DNA from: Rickettsiales bacterium
GTDB taxonomy: Bacteria; Pseudomonadota; Alphaproteobacteria; Rickettsiales; SXRF01
Reading direction: 5' to 3'
DNA: 61,268 bases
Assembly: GCA_947459535.1 (NCBI GenBank)
Contig: CANHDY010000002.1
Coordinates: forward strand, 1 to 61,268
Below, piece after piece: positions 36,530 through 45,475 of this stretch (position 1 is its first letter; each line of letters opens with the position of its first letter). Made by a program: the position numbers and the translations under genes. A model generated the notes under the pieces. That model saw nothing but the letters and a program-made list of their open reading frames with translations. It had not been told where the DNA came from and did no database searches.

Positions 36530-36683
36530 TGCGAACCCGGATTTTATACCTATCGCTAAAAAAGTGGCGCGGCTTTGCCCCCCGCATACGTTCCAGGCAC
36601 GGGGAGGACCCGTGGCTTGCCGATGCGATGTAGGATAGCGGGAGATGGGCGGAAAGCCGCGCCGAGCGGCAGGGAGTGAACAA

Positions 36684-36707
36684 TAAAAAACCCGCTGATG
36701 AGCGGGT
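36684..36707 (-). terminator. intrinsic terminator of the antiporter/ybdK/nhaA operon
   Basis: Minus strand ACCCGCT-catc-AGCGGGT followed by TTTTTTATT. Confidence 0.7.
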
Positions 36708-36792
36708 TCGGGCGAACACAATTGTTCGACTATGCAAAAATACATATCATCTAGGTGCACCTACTGTCAACAGTTAGGTTCGCGCTAAACTC

Positions 36793-38001
36793 TTATTTGG
36801 CTGTCCTGCAAACAATTCGCAGCACAATCCCACCCCACAAGATACAAAGCAACGAACCGCTGATAACACCAACCTTCACCATTTCCTGCAAGTGCGGGTC
36901 GGAGAATGCCAGCATCCCAATAAACAGACTCATGGTGAAGCCGATACCGGCGATGATGGATACGGCGTAGAGATGTTTCCACTGCGTTGCATCGGGCATA
37001 CTCACCAGTTTGGTTTTAATCAGCAGCCATGAGGTGCCGAAGATGCCGATTTGTTTGCCGACGAATAGGCCGAGCGCAATGCCCAGCGGCAGCGGCTCAA
37101 GGAAACTGGAAAGGTTAAGCCCTTCCAAGCTAACTCCGGCACTGGTGAAAGCGAATATCGGCAGCACCACAAAGCTCACCCACGGATGCAGAAAGTGCAT
37201 ACAGCTATTCAGCGGCGAATGGTTCGGTTCATCCTTATCACGCATAGGAATCATCAACCCGACAATGACCCCAGCAAGCGTGGTATGAATGCCGGAATAG
37301 TAAAAGCAGAACCACAGGAACACGCCGATCAATATATACGGCGTGATAACAGCAATATTGGCGCGGTTAAGCAGAGCAAGTGCGGCGATGCCACCAGCGG
37401 CCAGTAGCAGCGGCATGACAGCAAGCCCGGTATTATAAAACGCAGCGATGACAAGGATTGCGCCAAGGTCATCAAAGATAGCCACGGCCAGCAGGAATAT
37501 CTTGATGGCCGGTGGAATACCTTTCCCCAGCAGCGTTAGAATCGCCAGCGCAAAGGCAATATCCGTGGCGGATGGAATCGCCCATCCATGAACCGTATCC
37601 GGGTTGGCATGATTCAAGCCAAAGAAAATCAGCGCCGGAATCGCCATCCCGCCAGCAGCGGCGAATAACGGTAATAAAATCTGGTCGCGTTTGGACAAAA
37701 AGCCCTCACACATTTCGCGCTTAAGTTCCAAGCCGATAATCAGGAAGAAGAACACCATGAGGATGTCCTTCACCCAGTCTTTCAGCGCATGGGTTGCCAT
37801 GTTTTCCTGAAAGCCGAAGGTGACAGGGGCGCTTACCAGTTCTTTATACATTGCTGAAAACGACGAATTTGCTGCTAACACTGCCAATAATGCAAACGCG
37901 ATCATCACGATGCCGCTGGACGATTCCGTTTCCATGAATTCGCGGATACGGCGTGGCAGAACGCCTTGGCGCACAGAGGTTATTTCGGATGGGTGTTGCA
38001 T
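36793..38001 (-). CDS. nhaA: Na+/H+ antiporter NhaA
   Basis: About 12 TM segments, and a FFLIIGLELKRE motif plus the IFDDLGAI (Asp-Asp) motif characteristic of NhaA. Confidence 0.85.
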   Translation of the reverse strand: MQHPSEITSVRQGVLPRRIREFMETESSSGIVMIAFALLAVLAANSSFSAMYKELVSAPVTFGFQENMATHALKDWVKDILMVFFFLIIGLELKREMCEGFLSKRDQILLPLFAAAGGMAIPALIFFGLNHANPDTVHGWAIPSATDIAFALAILTLLGKGIPPAIKIFLLAVAIFDDLGAILVIAAFYNTGLAVMPLLLAAGGIAALALLNRANIAVITPYILIGVFLWFCFYYSGIHTTLAGVIVGLMIPMRDKDEPNHSPLNSCMHFLHPWVSFVVLPIFAFTSAGVSLEGLNLSSFLEPLPLGIALGLFVGKQIGIFGTSWLLIKTKLVSMPDATQWKHLYAVSIIAGIGFTMSLFIGMLAFSDPHLQEMVKVGVISGSLLCILWGGIVLRIVCRTAK

Positions 38002-38033
38002 AATCTATTTCCTGTTTTTATTCTCGTGCGGTT

Positions 38034-39152
38034 TTAGCTCCCACGGAATGTGTTTAATGCGGCATCGACCATGCCCTCGGCGCTGCCTCGGTCATCATAT
38101 TGCTTTCGCAGGTAATGCGCGTCACTTCCACGGTGGCTGACGGCGGCAAGATGTTCCAGCGCGGGTAAACTTTCCAACGAATCGCAGTATGGTTCAATCA
38201 GGCGCAATGTGGAAAGTATATCTTCACGCAATGAAAGTGTTTCATAGGATTTAGGATGCACGATAGAGCCTTCCAGCCCGAAGCGGCACGCCTGAAAGCG
38301 GTTGTAGTTATAAACGAGGTAATCATCTTCAATCGGCGGCGGCTCGTGGCGTTCCAGCAGGTATTTGCATAATTCTTGCAGGTAACAGGCAAGCGCGGCA
38401 GCGTGTTTCACGCTCAGTGGCGTATCGCATACGCGCAGTTCAATCGTGCCATATTCCGGCTTCGGGCGAATATCCCAGTAAAAATCCTTCATGCTTTTGA
38501 CGATGCCGGTATGCTCCATCTTGGCAAAATAATTCTGCACGAAATCATCCCAGCTCAATGTGAATGGCGCACGGCCAGAGAGTGGAAACGCAAATACGGA
38601 ATTAAGCCGTGCCGAGTTAAACAATGTATCTTTGCCCTGCACGAAGGGTGATGAAGCGGATAGCGCAATAAAGTGCGGAATATAGCGGTTCAGCGAATGC
38701 AGTAGGAACATCGCATCATCGCCGGAAGCACAGCCAATATGCACATGCTGGCCGAAGATGGTGAATTGTTTGGCAAGATAACCATATAGCGCCGACACTT
38801 CGCGGAAGCGTGGTTTAGAAAATATCTTTTGCTCCGACCAGTTTTGGAACGGGTGCGTTCCGCCGCCGCAGATACCAATGTTCAATCTATCGGCGGCGTC
38901 GACTAACGTCGTTTTTATTTCCTGCAACTGCCCCAACAAACCAGAATGGTTCGTGTGAATGCTGGTTGCTATCTCAATCATGCTTTCGGCAATTTCCGGC
39001 ATCACCGTGCCGGGGAATGGTTTGCGTTCTAGCAGATGCAGCAGATCGGGGCTGGATGCGGTGAGGTTAAAATCAGACAGGCTAACCAGCTGCAATTCCA
39101 GTTCCACGCCCATTGTTAGCGCATCGGATGTTTTGAATGGCTCTAACGGCAT
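38034..39152 (-). CDS. ybdK: carboxylate-amine ligase, YbdK / glutamate-cysteine ligase family 2
   Basis: [13 protein letters not shown]-terminus, GGGTHPF and HVHIG motifs. Confidence 0.8.
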   Translation of the reverse strand: MPLEPFKTSDALTMGVELELQLVSLSDFNLTASSPDLLHLLERKPFPGTVMPEIAESMIEIATSIHTNHSGLLGQLQEIKTTLVDAADRLNIGICGGGTHPFQNWSEQKIFSKPRFREVSALYGYLAKQFTIFGQHVHIGCASGDDAMFLLHSLNRYIPHFIALSASSPFVQGKDTLFNSARLNSVFAFPLSGRAPFTLSWDDFVQNYFAKMEHTGIVKSMKDFYWDIRPKPEYGTIELRVCDTPLSVKHAAALACYLQELCKYLLERHEPPPIEDDYLVYNYNRFQACRFGLEGSIVHPKSYETLSLREDILSTLRLIEPYCDSLESLPALEHLAAVSHRGSDAHYLRKQYDDRGSAEGMVDAALNTFRGS

Positions 39153-40339
39153 CAGCTTCCCTCCTTGTGAGGGGTTTCTTTCGCCCAGATCAGCGCACGC
39201 TGCGTGATAACAGGGCCAAGTATTTCCATGAACAGGGTCATAGCGGCTAATGCCGCCAATTCATCGACAAATTCTATGCCCAGATATTTTGCCTGTTCCA
39301 GCACCAGAATCACGAAGACGGATATAGGAGCCAGTGCCAGCCCCGTGAGCAAACCTTTATGCCATGACACACCACTCACATGCGCGAACGCTGCCACACC
39401 GATGGTCTTGGTAAAAAGTCGTGCGGCGATTAATAGCAAGCCGAGGCTTGCCCCCGCCCAGACTTTTTGCCATTCTAGCGTGGCAACCACGAATACGAAC
39501 AGCAGCACCGTCAGCAATTCACCCAGCGCACCGAAATTACGCTGCGTCTGGCTGAACGAAATCCGGCGATGGCGTGCCACCATTCCAAAGGTCAGTGTTG
39601 CCAGTACCGGCGAAAGTTTGGCCGCATGGGTAACGGCCACCAGCAAAATCACTGCTAGCGCGAATGCCACCGTACCATCCTGCGTTAAATTACCGAGCCG
39701 CCGCATGATGCTCGGTATCAACAGACCGAATATTGCTCCCAGTATGGCGGAAATAAAAAGCACCGACAGGCCACCCGATGCCGCTTCCCAAAGATTGCCG
39801 GAACTCTTGAATACAGAAAACGCGACAATCACCTTAAAGATAAATACTGCCAGTACGCAGTTAATGGCCGATAAATGCAGTATGCGTTCTGTGACCTGGC
39901 CGGAACTGCGCTGCTCATTGATAACGCGCAAAATGCCAGCTGGTGACGTGGACATGGCAAGTGATGCAAGCAGCAGCGCGTTGAGCGACGATGTGCCATA
40001 CCAACCGGCAATGCAGTAAACGACGATAAAAGTGCCGATGGATTCCACCAGCCCCGTCACACCTATCCACGGGTTTGTGCGTAGCCAGCGCAGGTTAATG
40101 CGATAGCCCAGTTCAAATAGAATCAGGCCAAATGCGATGTTGGCAAGAAACAGCATCGAGCCATATTCGCGGCTCGGCAGAAAACCCATTTGCGTATGCG
40201 CCAATGCGAAGCCAACCAGCCCGTAGATGCTGATGCGCGGCAAGCCAGTCCAGCGAGCGCCAAACTCTCCGGCTATCCATGCAATCACAACAGCAAGTGA
40301 CCACGCAACATCAGGTGAAAGTGATAATAAATCAGTCAT
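39152..40339 (-). CDS. cation:proton antiporter (Na+/H+ exchanger superfamily)
   Basis: 395 aa, about 11-12 TM segments, with CPA-type composition. Its stop overlaps the ybdK start (TGATG). Confidence 0.75.
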   Translation of the reverse strand: MTDLLSLSPDVAWSLAVVIAWIAGEFGARWTGLPRISIYGLVGFALAHTQMGFLPSREYGSMLFLANIAFGLILFELGYRINLRWLRTNPWIGVTGLVESIGTFIVVYCIAGWYGTSSLNALLLASLAMSTSPAGILRVINEQRSSGQVTERILHLSAINCVLAVFIFKVIVAFSVFKSSGNLWEAASGGLSVLFISAILGAIFGLLIPSIMRRLGNLTQDGTVAFALAVILLVAVTHAAKLSPVLATLTFGMVARHRRISFSQTQRNFGALGELLTVLLFVFVVATLEWQKVWAGASLGLLLIAARLFTKTIGVAAFAHVSGVSWHKGLLTGLALAPISVFVILVLEQAKYLGIEFVDELAALAAMTLFMEILGPVITQRALIWAKETPHKEGS

Positions 40340-40413
40340 ATAGGGTTTATAGAATTGATATGCTTACAGGGCAAGATTTAATGCCCGTAACTAAGATTCT
40401 GCGAAGATATAAA

Positions 40414-40971
40414 CTATAGCGACTTGAATGACTCCACCAACTCATCGAGTGCTTCACGCAGGCGGATGATGCCATAGCCTTTGCGCCAGCCGCGCGCGGC
40501 TTCGTATTCATTCAGCCCTTCACCGTGGCAACAGATCTCCTGCACCATGCGCCGCGACTCATGATTAAGGTTGCGGAGGAGACGCTCGTGAAAGTTCAGC
40601 GCTTCGATCTGTATCTCCAGCGGGTACGCACCCACGTTGATGCCCTTATCAAACACCATCGGCACCAGCTCACGCGACATGCGCGGCTGCGCTTTCTCGT
40701 AGTTGCAAGCAATGCGGTCGGCAGCACGGTATTGCGTATCACTGATGCCACGGCGATGCTGTTCACCGATGCCACTTTCCTCATCGATCTTGTAGAGGCG
40801 GTGGTATTTATCGATGGGGCGTTTATCACGCACCCGCGTGGCTGTGGTCTTGCGGTCGAGATACACCGTCTCTAGCTTCACCTTTGCCTGAAACTCCGGC
40901 GTGCCGCGATCCGCCTCCAGTTGGATGGCGTGCGTGCGTTGGCGTGGTTTGCGTTGCTTCTTGCCCATCAC
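40414..40971 (-). CDS. DUF6456-like phage early protein
   Basis: C-terminal RRMVQEICCHGEGLNEYEAARGWRKGYGIIRLREALDEL resembles the DUF6456 signature (VCC..GL...E...GW). Assigned from memory. Confidence 0.45.
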   Translation of the reverse strand: MMGKKQRKPRQRTHAIQLEADRGTPEFQAKVKLETVYLDRKTTATRVRDKRPIDKYHRLYKIDEESGIGEQHRRGISDTQYRAADRIACNYEKAQPRMSRELVPMVFDKGINVGAYPLEIQIEALNFHERLLRNLNHESRRMVQEICCHGEGLNEYEAARGWRKGYGIIRLREALDELVESFKSL

Positions 40972-41738
40972 CGAAGCCCCATTGCATAGACTTCTTTGGC
41001 AAAATACTTCCAGCTGCGCGGCGGCTCGCTATGCGTCTGCAGGTTACGCATCAGCAGTTCGGCAATGACGGGCAGGATGTGCTGGAAGGGATCAATCCCG
41101 CTATCAATCCATTGGCGGATGATTTCGTAGTCGCCGGGCGGCTGAAGTTTGTGCTGCGTGAATATTTCTACGAGCTTGGCACTGAATGCCCCAGCATCTT
41201 GCTCGTTGAACGGATGGCGAAGTTGCCCACAGTTTCTGCCGAGCCTATCTGATCTATTATTCTTAAATTTAGATATAGATATAGATAGCAGATGCGAGGT
41301 GATGTGGTTCGCATCCACACCCGCATCTGCGAACAGCGATGGTTCGGATGCGCTTCGCATATGCGGCGGCGATGCATCCGCATTTGTTATCTGATTGTTT
41401 TTGTTGGATTCGCCCTGCCATCTGGCATTGGCATTTTGCCGTTTGCTATCGCGCTTTGCTTCGGCCTTTTGGTATTCATGGATTAAACGCTTCTGAGTGA
41501 GTAAGTGTGGGGGGTGTTTTTGCAAAAATGCCCCCAGGGTTTCGCGTATCTTTTTCCACTTATTCACATGCAGACCGAGCAGCCGAGACAACTCTTTATC
41601 GTCATCGCGTAAGTATCCACCACGCATCCACATGAAGCAGAGCAGCCGCATATACGCGCCTTGCTCTTCAAGCGACAAATGCTGCGTGTCAGCCAGATAC
41701 GCTTCGGTAAAAAACGGCATGTAAAAATGCTTGGTCAT
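40968..41738 (-). CDS. DUF1376 (YdaU family) replication-associated protein
   Basis: FYMPFFTEAYLADTQHLSLEEQGAYMRLLCFMWMRGG signature. Confidence 0.7.
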   Translation of the reverse strand: MTKHFYMPFFTEAYLADTQHLSLEEQGAYMRLLCFMWMRGGYLRDDDKELSRLLGLHVNKWKKIRETLGAFLQKHPPHLLTQKRLIHEYQKAEAKRDSKRQNANARWQGESNKNNQITNADASPPHMRSASEPSLFADAGVDANHITSHLLSISISKFKNNRSDRLGRNCGQLRHPFNEQDAGAFSAKLVEIFTQHKLQPPGDYEIIRQWIDSGIDPFQHILPVIAELLMRNLQTHSEPPRSWKYFAKEVYAMGLR

Positions 41739-42061
41739 GGTGCCTCCGCTTCGGGAAGCGAGATGAGCAGCTCGATGATCGCACCGATCACCGAGGCAGA
41801 CGATCCATCCGCCTTGCGCGGTAGGGAATCATACAGCGTGTGCGGTGAGGTAAAACGCTGCAGCAGGTGTGAGATCAGTACGCACGCATCCTGGGTAATA
41901 TGGTAGAGGGCACTGTCAGGTCGCGGCCCGTTCAGCCAGACCTCGCCGATCTGCCCGTTTGTGTAAAAGCCGATGGTCAGTTGATAGCGCACGCCATCGA
42001 ACACCAGCTCCATGCTCTGGTTTTTCCTGCGGGGGGAGAGTGGCTGGCGCTCGTCGTTCAT
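41735..42061 (-). CDS. hypothetical phage early protein
   Basis: ORF coupled to its neighbours; no secure motif. Confidence 0.4.
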   Translation of the reverse strand: MNDERQPLSPRRKNQSMELVFDGVRYQLTIGFYTNGQIGEVWLNGPRPDSALYHITQDACVLISHLLQRFTSPHTLYDSLPRKADGSSASVIGAIIELLISLPEAEAP

Positions 42062-42345
42062 GCTGCATCCGCTTTTTCTTTCGCTGGCAGGAAACGTTTG
42101 CGGAGCGCGAACCGTGGATCGAGCAATGCCTGCACATCGGGGGGAACATTTTCGAGATCGTAATAATCATCGGGGCGGACGGCACCCATTGTGATGAAGT
42201 AAATGCGTACCACCACGTCCGGATCTAAAATGCGTCCATGCTTGATGTGCCGATTAATGGTCGAGACAGAGCAGCCGACCATCGATGCGAGTTCGGATTG
42301 CTTCATTCCCACTAATTTGAGCCAATGGTGCAATTTCATGATCAC
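42058..42345 (-). CDS. Cro-like HTH regulator
   Basis: GMKQSELASMVGCSVSTINRHI HTH. Divergent from the cI-like gene. Confidence 0.6.
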   Translation of the reverse strand: MIMKLHHWLKLVGMKQSELASMVGCSVSTINRHIKHGRILDPDVVVRIYFITMGAVRPDDYYDLENVPPDVQALLDPRFALRKRFLPAKEKADAA

Positions 42346-42433
42346 TAATTCGCACTAAATGCAATTTTCTGTCAATGGGATTTTTCCGCTAAGGACTTGA
42401 CAGGATTTTGCCGTTGCGGTAAAAAGCGGAATT
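42346..42433. promoter_or_regulatory. divergent cro / cI-like promoter-operator region
   Basis: Inverted repeats CTGTCAA (42369-75) / TTGACAG (42397-403), and TTCCGCT / AGCGGAA. TTGACA-N17-TAAAAA ends about 8 nt before the ATG at 42434. Confidence 0.45.
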
Positions 42434-43018
42434 ATGACCACAAACAACATCGCATACCTTCGCAGACGGCGGAATATCACGCAAAAGCGGCTGGCCGATA
42501 TGATCGGCATCCCAGCCTCCACTCTCAATCGCATTGAGACAGGCGAAACCGAGGGCTTTGAGAAATACCGCGCGCTGCTCGCCAAAGCACTCGGCTGCAA
42601 GCCTGAAGCGCTGGATGCACCTGAGTTAAGCCTTCCCAGCACACCCATCACTGGTTTCGTAAAATACAAAACCTTCATCAAGGAAATTCCTGAGAAACAG
42701 CGTGAGACCGTGGATGCTATTTCTGGGTTGCCAGAGACAGCAGAGGCGCTGAAAATAAAGACTTCCGACCTTGTGCCGTATCATGGCGCCAACGATCTGC
42801 TCTATTTTGACGGCGTGCCGCAAGCCAATGAGCGGCTATTCATTGACCGTGAATGCATCCTTACCCTCGATACCAAGAAGCGCGGAGAGCGTTTGCTGGC
42901 TTGGGTTTCAAAGGGCAGCAAGGAAGGTCATTACATCCTGCACCCGCAAGGCGGAACGCTGATGATGGATGTCAAAATTCTTGCAGCACACCCCATCCTC
43001 CACATTAAACGCGCTTAA
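42434..43018 (+). CDS. XRE-family cI-like repressor
   Basis: ITQKRLADMIGIPASTLNRIETGE HTH, with a C-terminal ~110-aa domain lacking an obvious G-x-S-M peptidase motif. Confidence 0.65.
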   Translation: MTTNNIAYLRRRRNITQKRLADMIGIPASTLNRIETGETEGFEKYRALLAKALGCKPEALDAPELSLPSTPITGFVKYKTFIKEIPEKQRETVDAISGLPETAEALKIKTSDLVPYHGANDLLYFDGVPQANERLFIDRECILTLDTKKRGERLLAWVSKGSKEGHYILHPQGGTLMMDVKILAAHPILHIKRA

Positions 43019-43077
43019 GCCTCATTCTTTGCCGCTGCGGCAATAAACCACTGTATTTTCAGCAAAATATTTTCTTC

Positions 43078-43112
43078 TAACGCAATTTCTCTATAGACAA
43101 ATAATTGCGTTA
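43078..43112. promoter_or_regulatory. perfect 10-bp inverted repeat, candidate operator
   Basis: TAACGCAATT (43078-87) - N15 - AATTGCGTTA (43103-12), about 50 nt upstream of the ATG at 43163. Confidence 0.5.
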
Positions 43113-43162
43113 TCTGCTACCGACTCCTACCCATAAGCAACATTATGGGAGGTAAATCACCT

Positions 43163-43375
43163 ATGCGTATAAGAGATAAATTGCAACAATGGCTCGCTCG
43201 GCTGACATGGCAGCAAGCCTTCCAATTCATCATCGCCAGCTTTTTTATGCTGCTGTTTGCCGCATTTTTCGACTGGTTGATCATCAACTGGATCAGCGGT
43301 TGTTGCGAAGGCGGCATCTGCATTCCCGAATGGGTCTATCCTAGCTGCAAGATAGATGGAGGCAGCCATGATTGA
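43163..43375 (+). CDS. small single-TM protein with a Cys-rich tail
   Basis: GGGAGG precedes the ATG at 43163. FQFIIASFFMLLFAAFFDWLII TM segment, then SGCCEGGICIPEWVYPSC. Confidence 0.45.
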   Translation: MRIRDKLQQWLARLTWQQAFQFIIASFFMLLFAAFFDWLIINWISGCCEGGICIPEWVYPSCKIDGGSHD

Positions 43376-43736
43376 TGAAAATGATGTCAATCAATACGCC
43401 GCCCGCCAGCTGCTCATGCTCCGCCAGACCACTGGCATCAGCCAGAAACGTCTGAGCGAAGAAGTAGCGTTATCGCCGCAGCAGGTGCAAAAATATGAGC
43501 GCGGCCATAACCGCCTGTCGGTCGGCAAAGCCATGCAGTTCGCTGAAGCGTTTGATGTATCGATCCTCGTGTTCTATCCGCCGCGTGGCGATTGCCAATC
43601 TACTGAGCCGTTGCCACTCCCCACCGTGCGCATCCTTCGGCTCCTCGCGCGCATTCCTACCGAATGTTATGAGGAGGTTTATCAGGTGGTGAAAGCCATC
43701 GCCAATATCACCACCCGCGACGATGTGGGGGAATGA
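43368..43736 (+). CDS. XRE-family HTH regulator
   Basis: ISQKRLSEEVALSPQQVQKYERG HTH. GGAGG precedes the ATG at 43368 (the track start is 43356). Confidence 0.7.
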   Translation: MIDENDVNQYAARQLLMLRQTTGISQKRLSEEVALSPQQVQKYERGHNRLSVGKAMQFAEAFDVSILVFYPPRGDCQSTEPLPLPTVRILRLLARIPTECYEEVYQVVKAIANITTRDDVGE

Positions 43737-44098
43737 GCATGGCAACTATCGACCTCGACAATCTCCAAGCCACAGACATCACGCCAATGCTCAACGCATT
43801 GCATCGGTTTTTCATGGCGCATGGCATCACCGTGGTGACGGACAATCTTTTCCTGAAGCCGGAGCATCTGGCGCGGCGGTGGGAACTATCCATCAGCTGC
43901 CTCAACAATTGGCGCTTCACCGGCGGCGGGCCGCTCTACATCAAAACCGGCCCCGGCCCGAAAGCCAATGTGCGCTATCCCATCCTCGGCGCAGGCGGTG
44001 TGCTGGAGTTCGAGCAACAGCGTTGCTTTCGCTCCACCACCGAGGAATCGCAACGGTTGGCGGCATCCAGCGAATGCGACAGGAGTCAAGCGGTTTAG
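43733..44098 (+). CDS. excisionase-like HTH protein
   Basis: LKPEHLARRWELSISCLNNWRFTGGGPLYIKTG resembles the AlpA/MerR-type excisionase fold. Located just upstream of int. Confidence 0.5.
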   Translation: MSMATIDLDNLQATDITPMLNALHRFFMAHGITVVTDNLFLKPEHLARRWELSISCLNNWRFTGGGPLYIKTGPGPKANVRYPILGAGGVLEFEQQRCFRSTTEESQRLAASSECDRSQAV

Positions 44099-44184
44099 AT
44101 GGCTAGAATCGCTCATAAATACGTTGATGTTCAACCCCTTAAGAGCGGTAGTGACCCTGTCATAACCACTGAAAGGAGCGAACC

Positions 44185-45417
44185 ATGACAGTAAAACTTA
44201 CCAAAAAATCCATCGACGCATTTGAGGCCACCGGCAAACTTGAATATCTGTGGGATGCCGAGGTGAAGGGATTCGGGGTGGTCATCACCCCAGCGGGCAG
44301 TAAATCCTTCATCCTGAATTACCGCAACCAGGACAACCGTTCACGCCGCAAGACCATCGGCAAGTACGGTCATCTTACGCTTGAGCAGGCGCGGGATTTT
44401 GCCCGTGAACTGACCTATCGAATTGCCAAGGGTGAAGACCCCGTGCATCAGGACGAAATGCAGCGCAGCCAGCCCACCTTTGCTGAAGTGGCACAGCGTT
44501 TTCTCGATGACCATAGCGCCATACGCAGCCGCCCTGCAACGCACGCCAGCAATATACAAATTCTGGCACACATGGTGCTGCCGCATTTTGGGAAAATGAA
44601 AATCCGCTCCATCGAGCGCAAGGATATTTACGATTACCTTGCCAAAAATCGGCATCGTCCCATCGGTGCCAACCGTTCTCTTGCCGCCATGTCATCCATC
44701 ATGAGCAAAGCGGAGTTGTGGGGCTACCGCGACCGCAACAGCAATCCATGTTTCGGCGTGGAGCGATTTCCCGAAAATCGACGCGAGCGGTTCCTGAGCG
44801 AACAGGAGTTCGCATCGCTGGAGTCGGCCATGCAGCGCGCCGAACGCAACCTTACGGAAAGCCCGCATGTGCTGGCGATGTTCCGCATCATGATGCACAC
44901 AGGCTGCCGCCCTGGCGAAGCGCGTCACCTGAAATGGGATTATGTCGATTTCACTAACCGTGTTATCCGCCTGCCCAAAGAAGCCACTAAGGAAAAACGC
45001 CCGAAGACGCTCTTCATCACGCCCTATATTGAGGGAGTGCTGAAAAATATCCGCCGCATGGAGGGAAATCCTTATGTAGTGGTAAGTGAACGCAATGACG
45101 GCAAGCCGATTATGGATGTGAAAAAACCGTGGGATCGCATCAAGAAGGCAGCGGGCATTACCACCGAACTGCATCTGCATGATTTGCGGCACAGCCATGC
45201 CAGCATGGCTAACGCGCTGGGCTACTCATTGCCGATGATTGGCGCGCTGCTCGGCCACACACAGGCGCAGACGACGCTGCGTTACGCCCACCTTGCCACC
45301 GACCATCTGCGTAAGGCAGCGGAGGACATCAGCAACCGAATCGCCAACGTGGCTCAAACCACCAGCCCCGTGCCACCGCACGACAAACCACGAGCGAATC
45401 TGCGGATGGTGAAGTGA
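44185..45417 (+). CDS. int: tyrosine integrase (P4-like, with DUF4102 N-terminal arm-binding domain)
   Basis: LWDAEVKGFGVVITPAGSKSFILNYR N-terminus. Catalytic residues in HTGCRPGEARHLKW, HDLRHS and LGHTQAQTTLRYAH. Confidence 0.9.
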   Translation: MTVKLTKKSIDAFEATGKLEYLWDAEVKGFGVVITPAGSKSFILNYRNQDNRSRRKTIGKYGHLTLEQARDFARELTYRIAKGEDPVHQDEMQRSQPTFAEVAQRFLDDHSAIRSRPATHASNIQILAHMVLPHFGKMKIRSIERKDIYDYLAKNRHRPIGANRSLAAMSSIMSKAELWGYRDRNSNPCFGVERFPENRRERFLSEQEFASLESAMQRAERNLTESPHVLAMFRIMMHTGCRPGEARHLKWDYVDFTNRVIRLPKEATKEKRPKTLFITPYIEGVLKNIRRMEGNPYVVVSERNDGKPIMDVKKPWDRIKKAAGITTELHLHDLRHSHASMANALGYSLPMIGALLGHTQAQTTLRYAHLATDHLRKAAEDISNRIANVAQTTSPVPPHDKPRANLRMVK

Positions 45418-45475
45418 GCACATAAACTATTTGGTTCTTGCTGACATTTTAACGGACAGATGGTAATCTTCGCAC

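Noticed and set aside
36724-36731. GTTCGACT, an 8-nt match to the T-loop region of the tRNA fragment, considered as a possible second att core
   Set aside because: Identity does not extend beyond 8 nt. About one or two such matches are expected by chance in 61 kb on both strands.
45437-45468. Sigma-70-like promoter (TTGCTGACA ... GGTAATCT) upstream of the cargo methyltransferase
   Set aside because: Both hexamers are imperfect and several spacings are possible. It is not strong enough to annotate.
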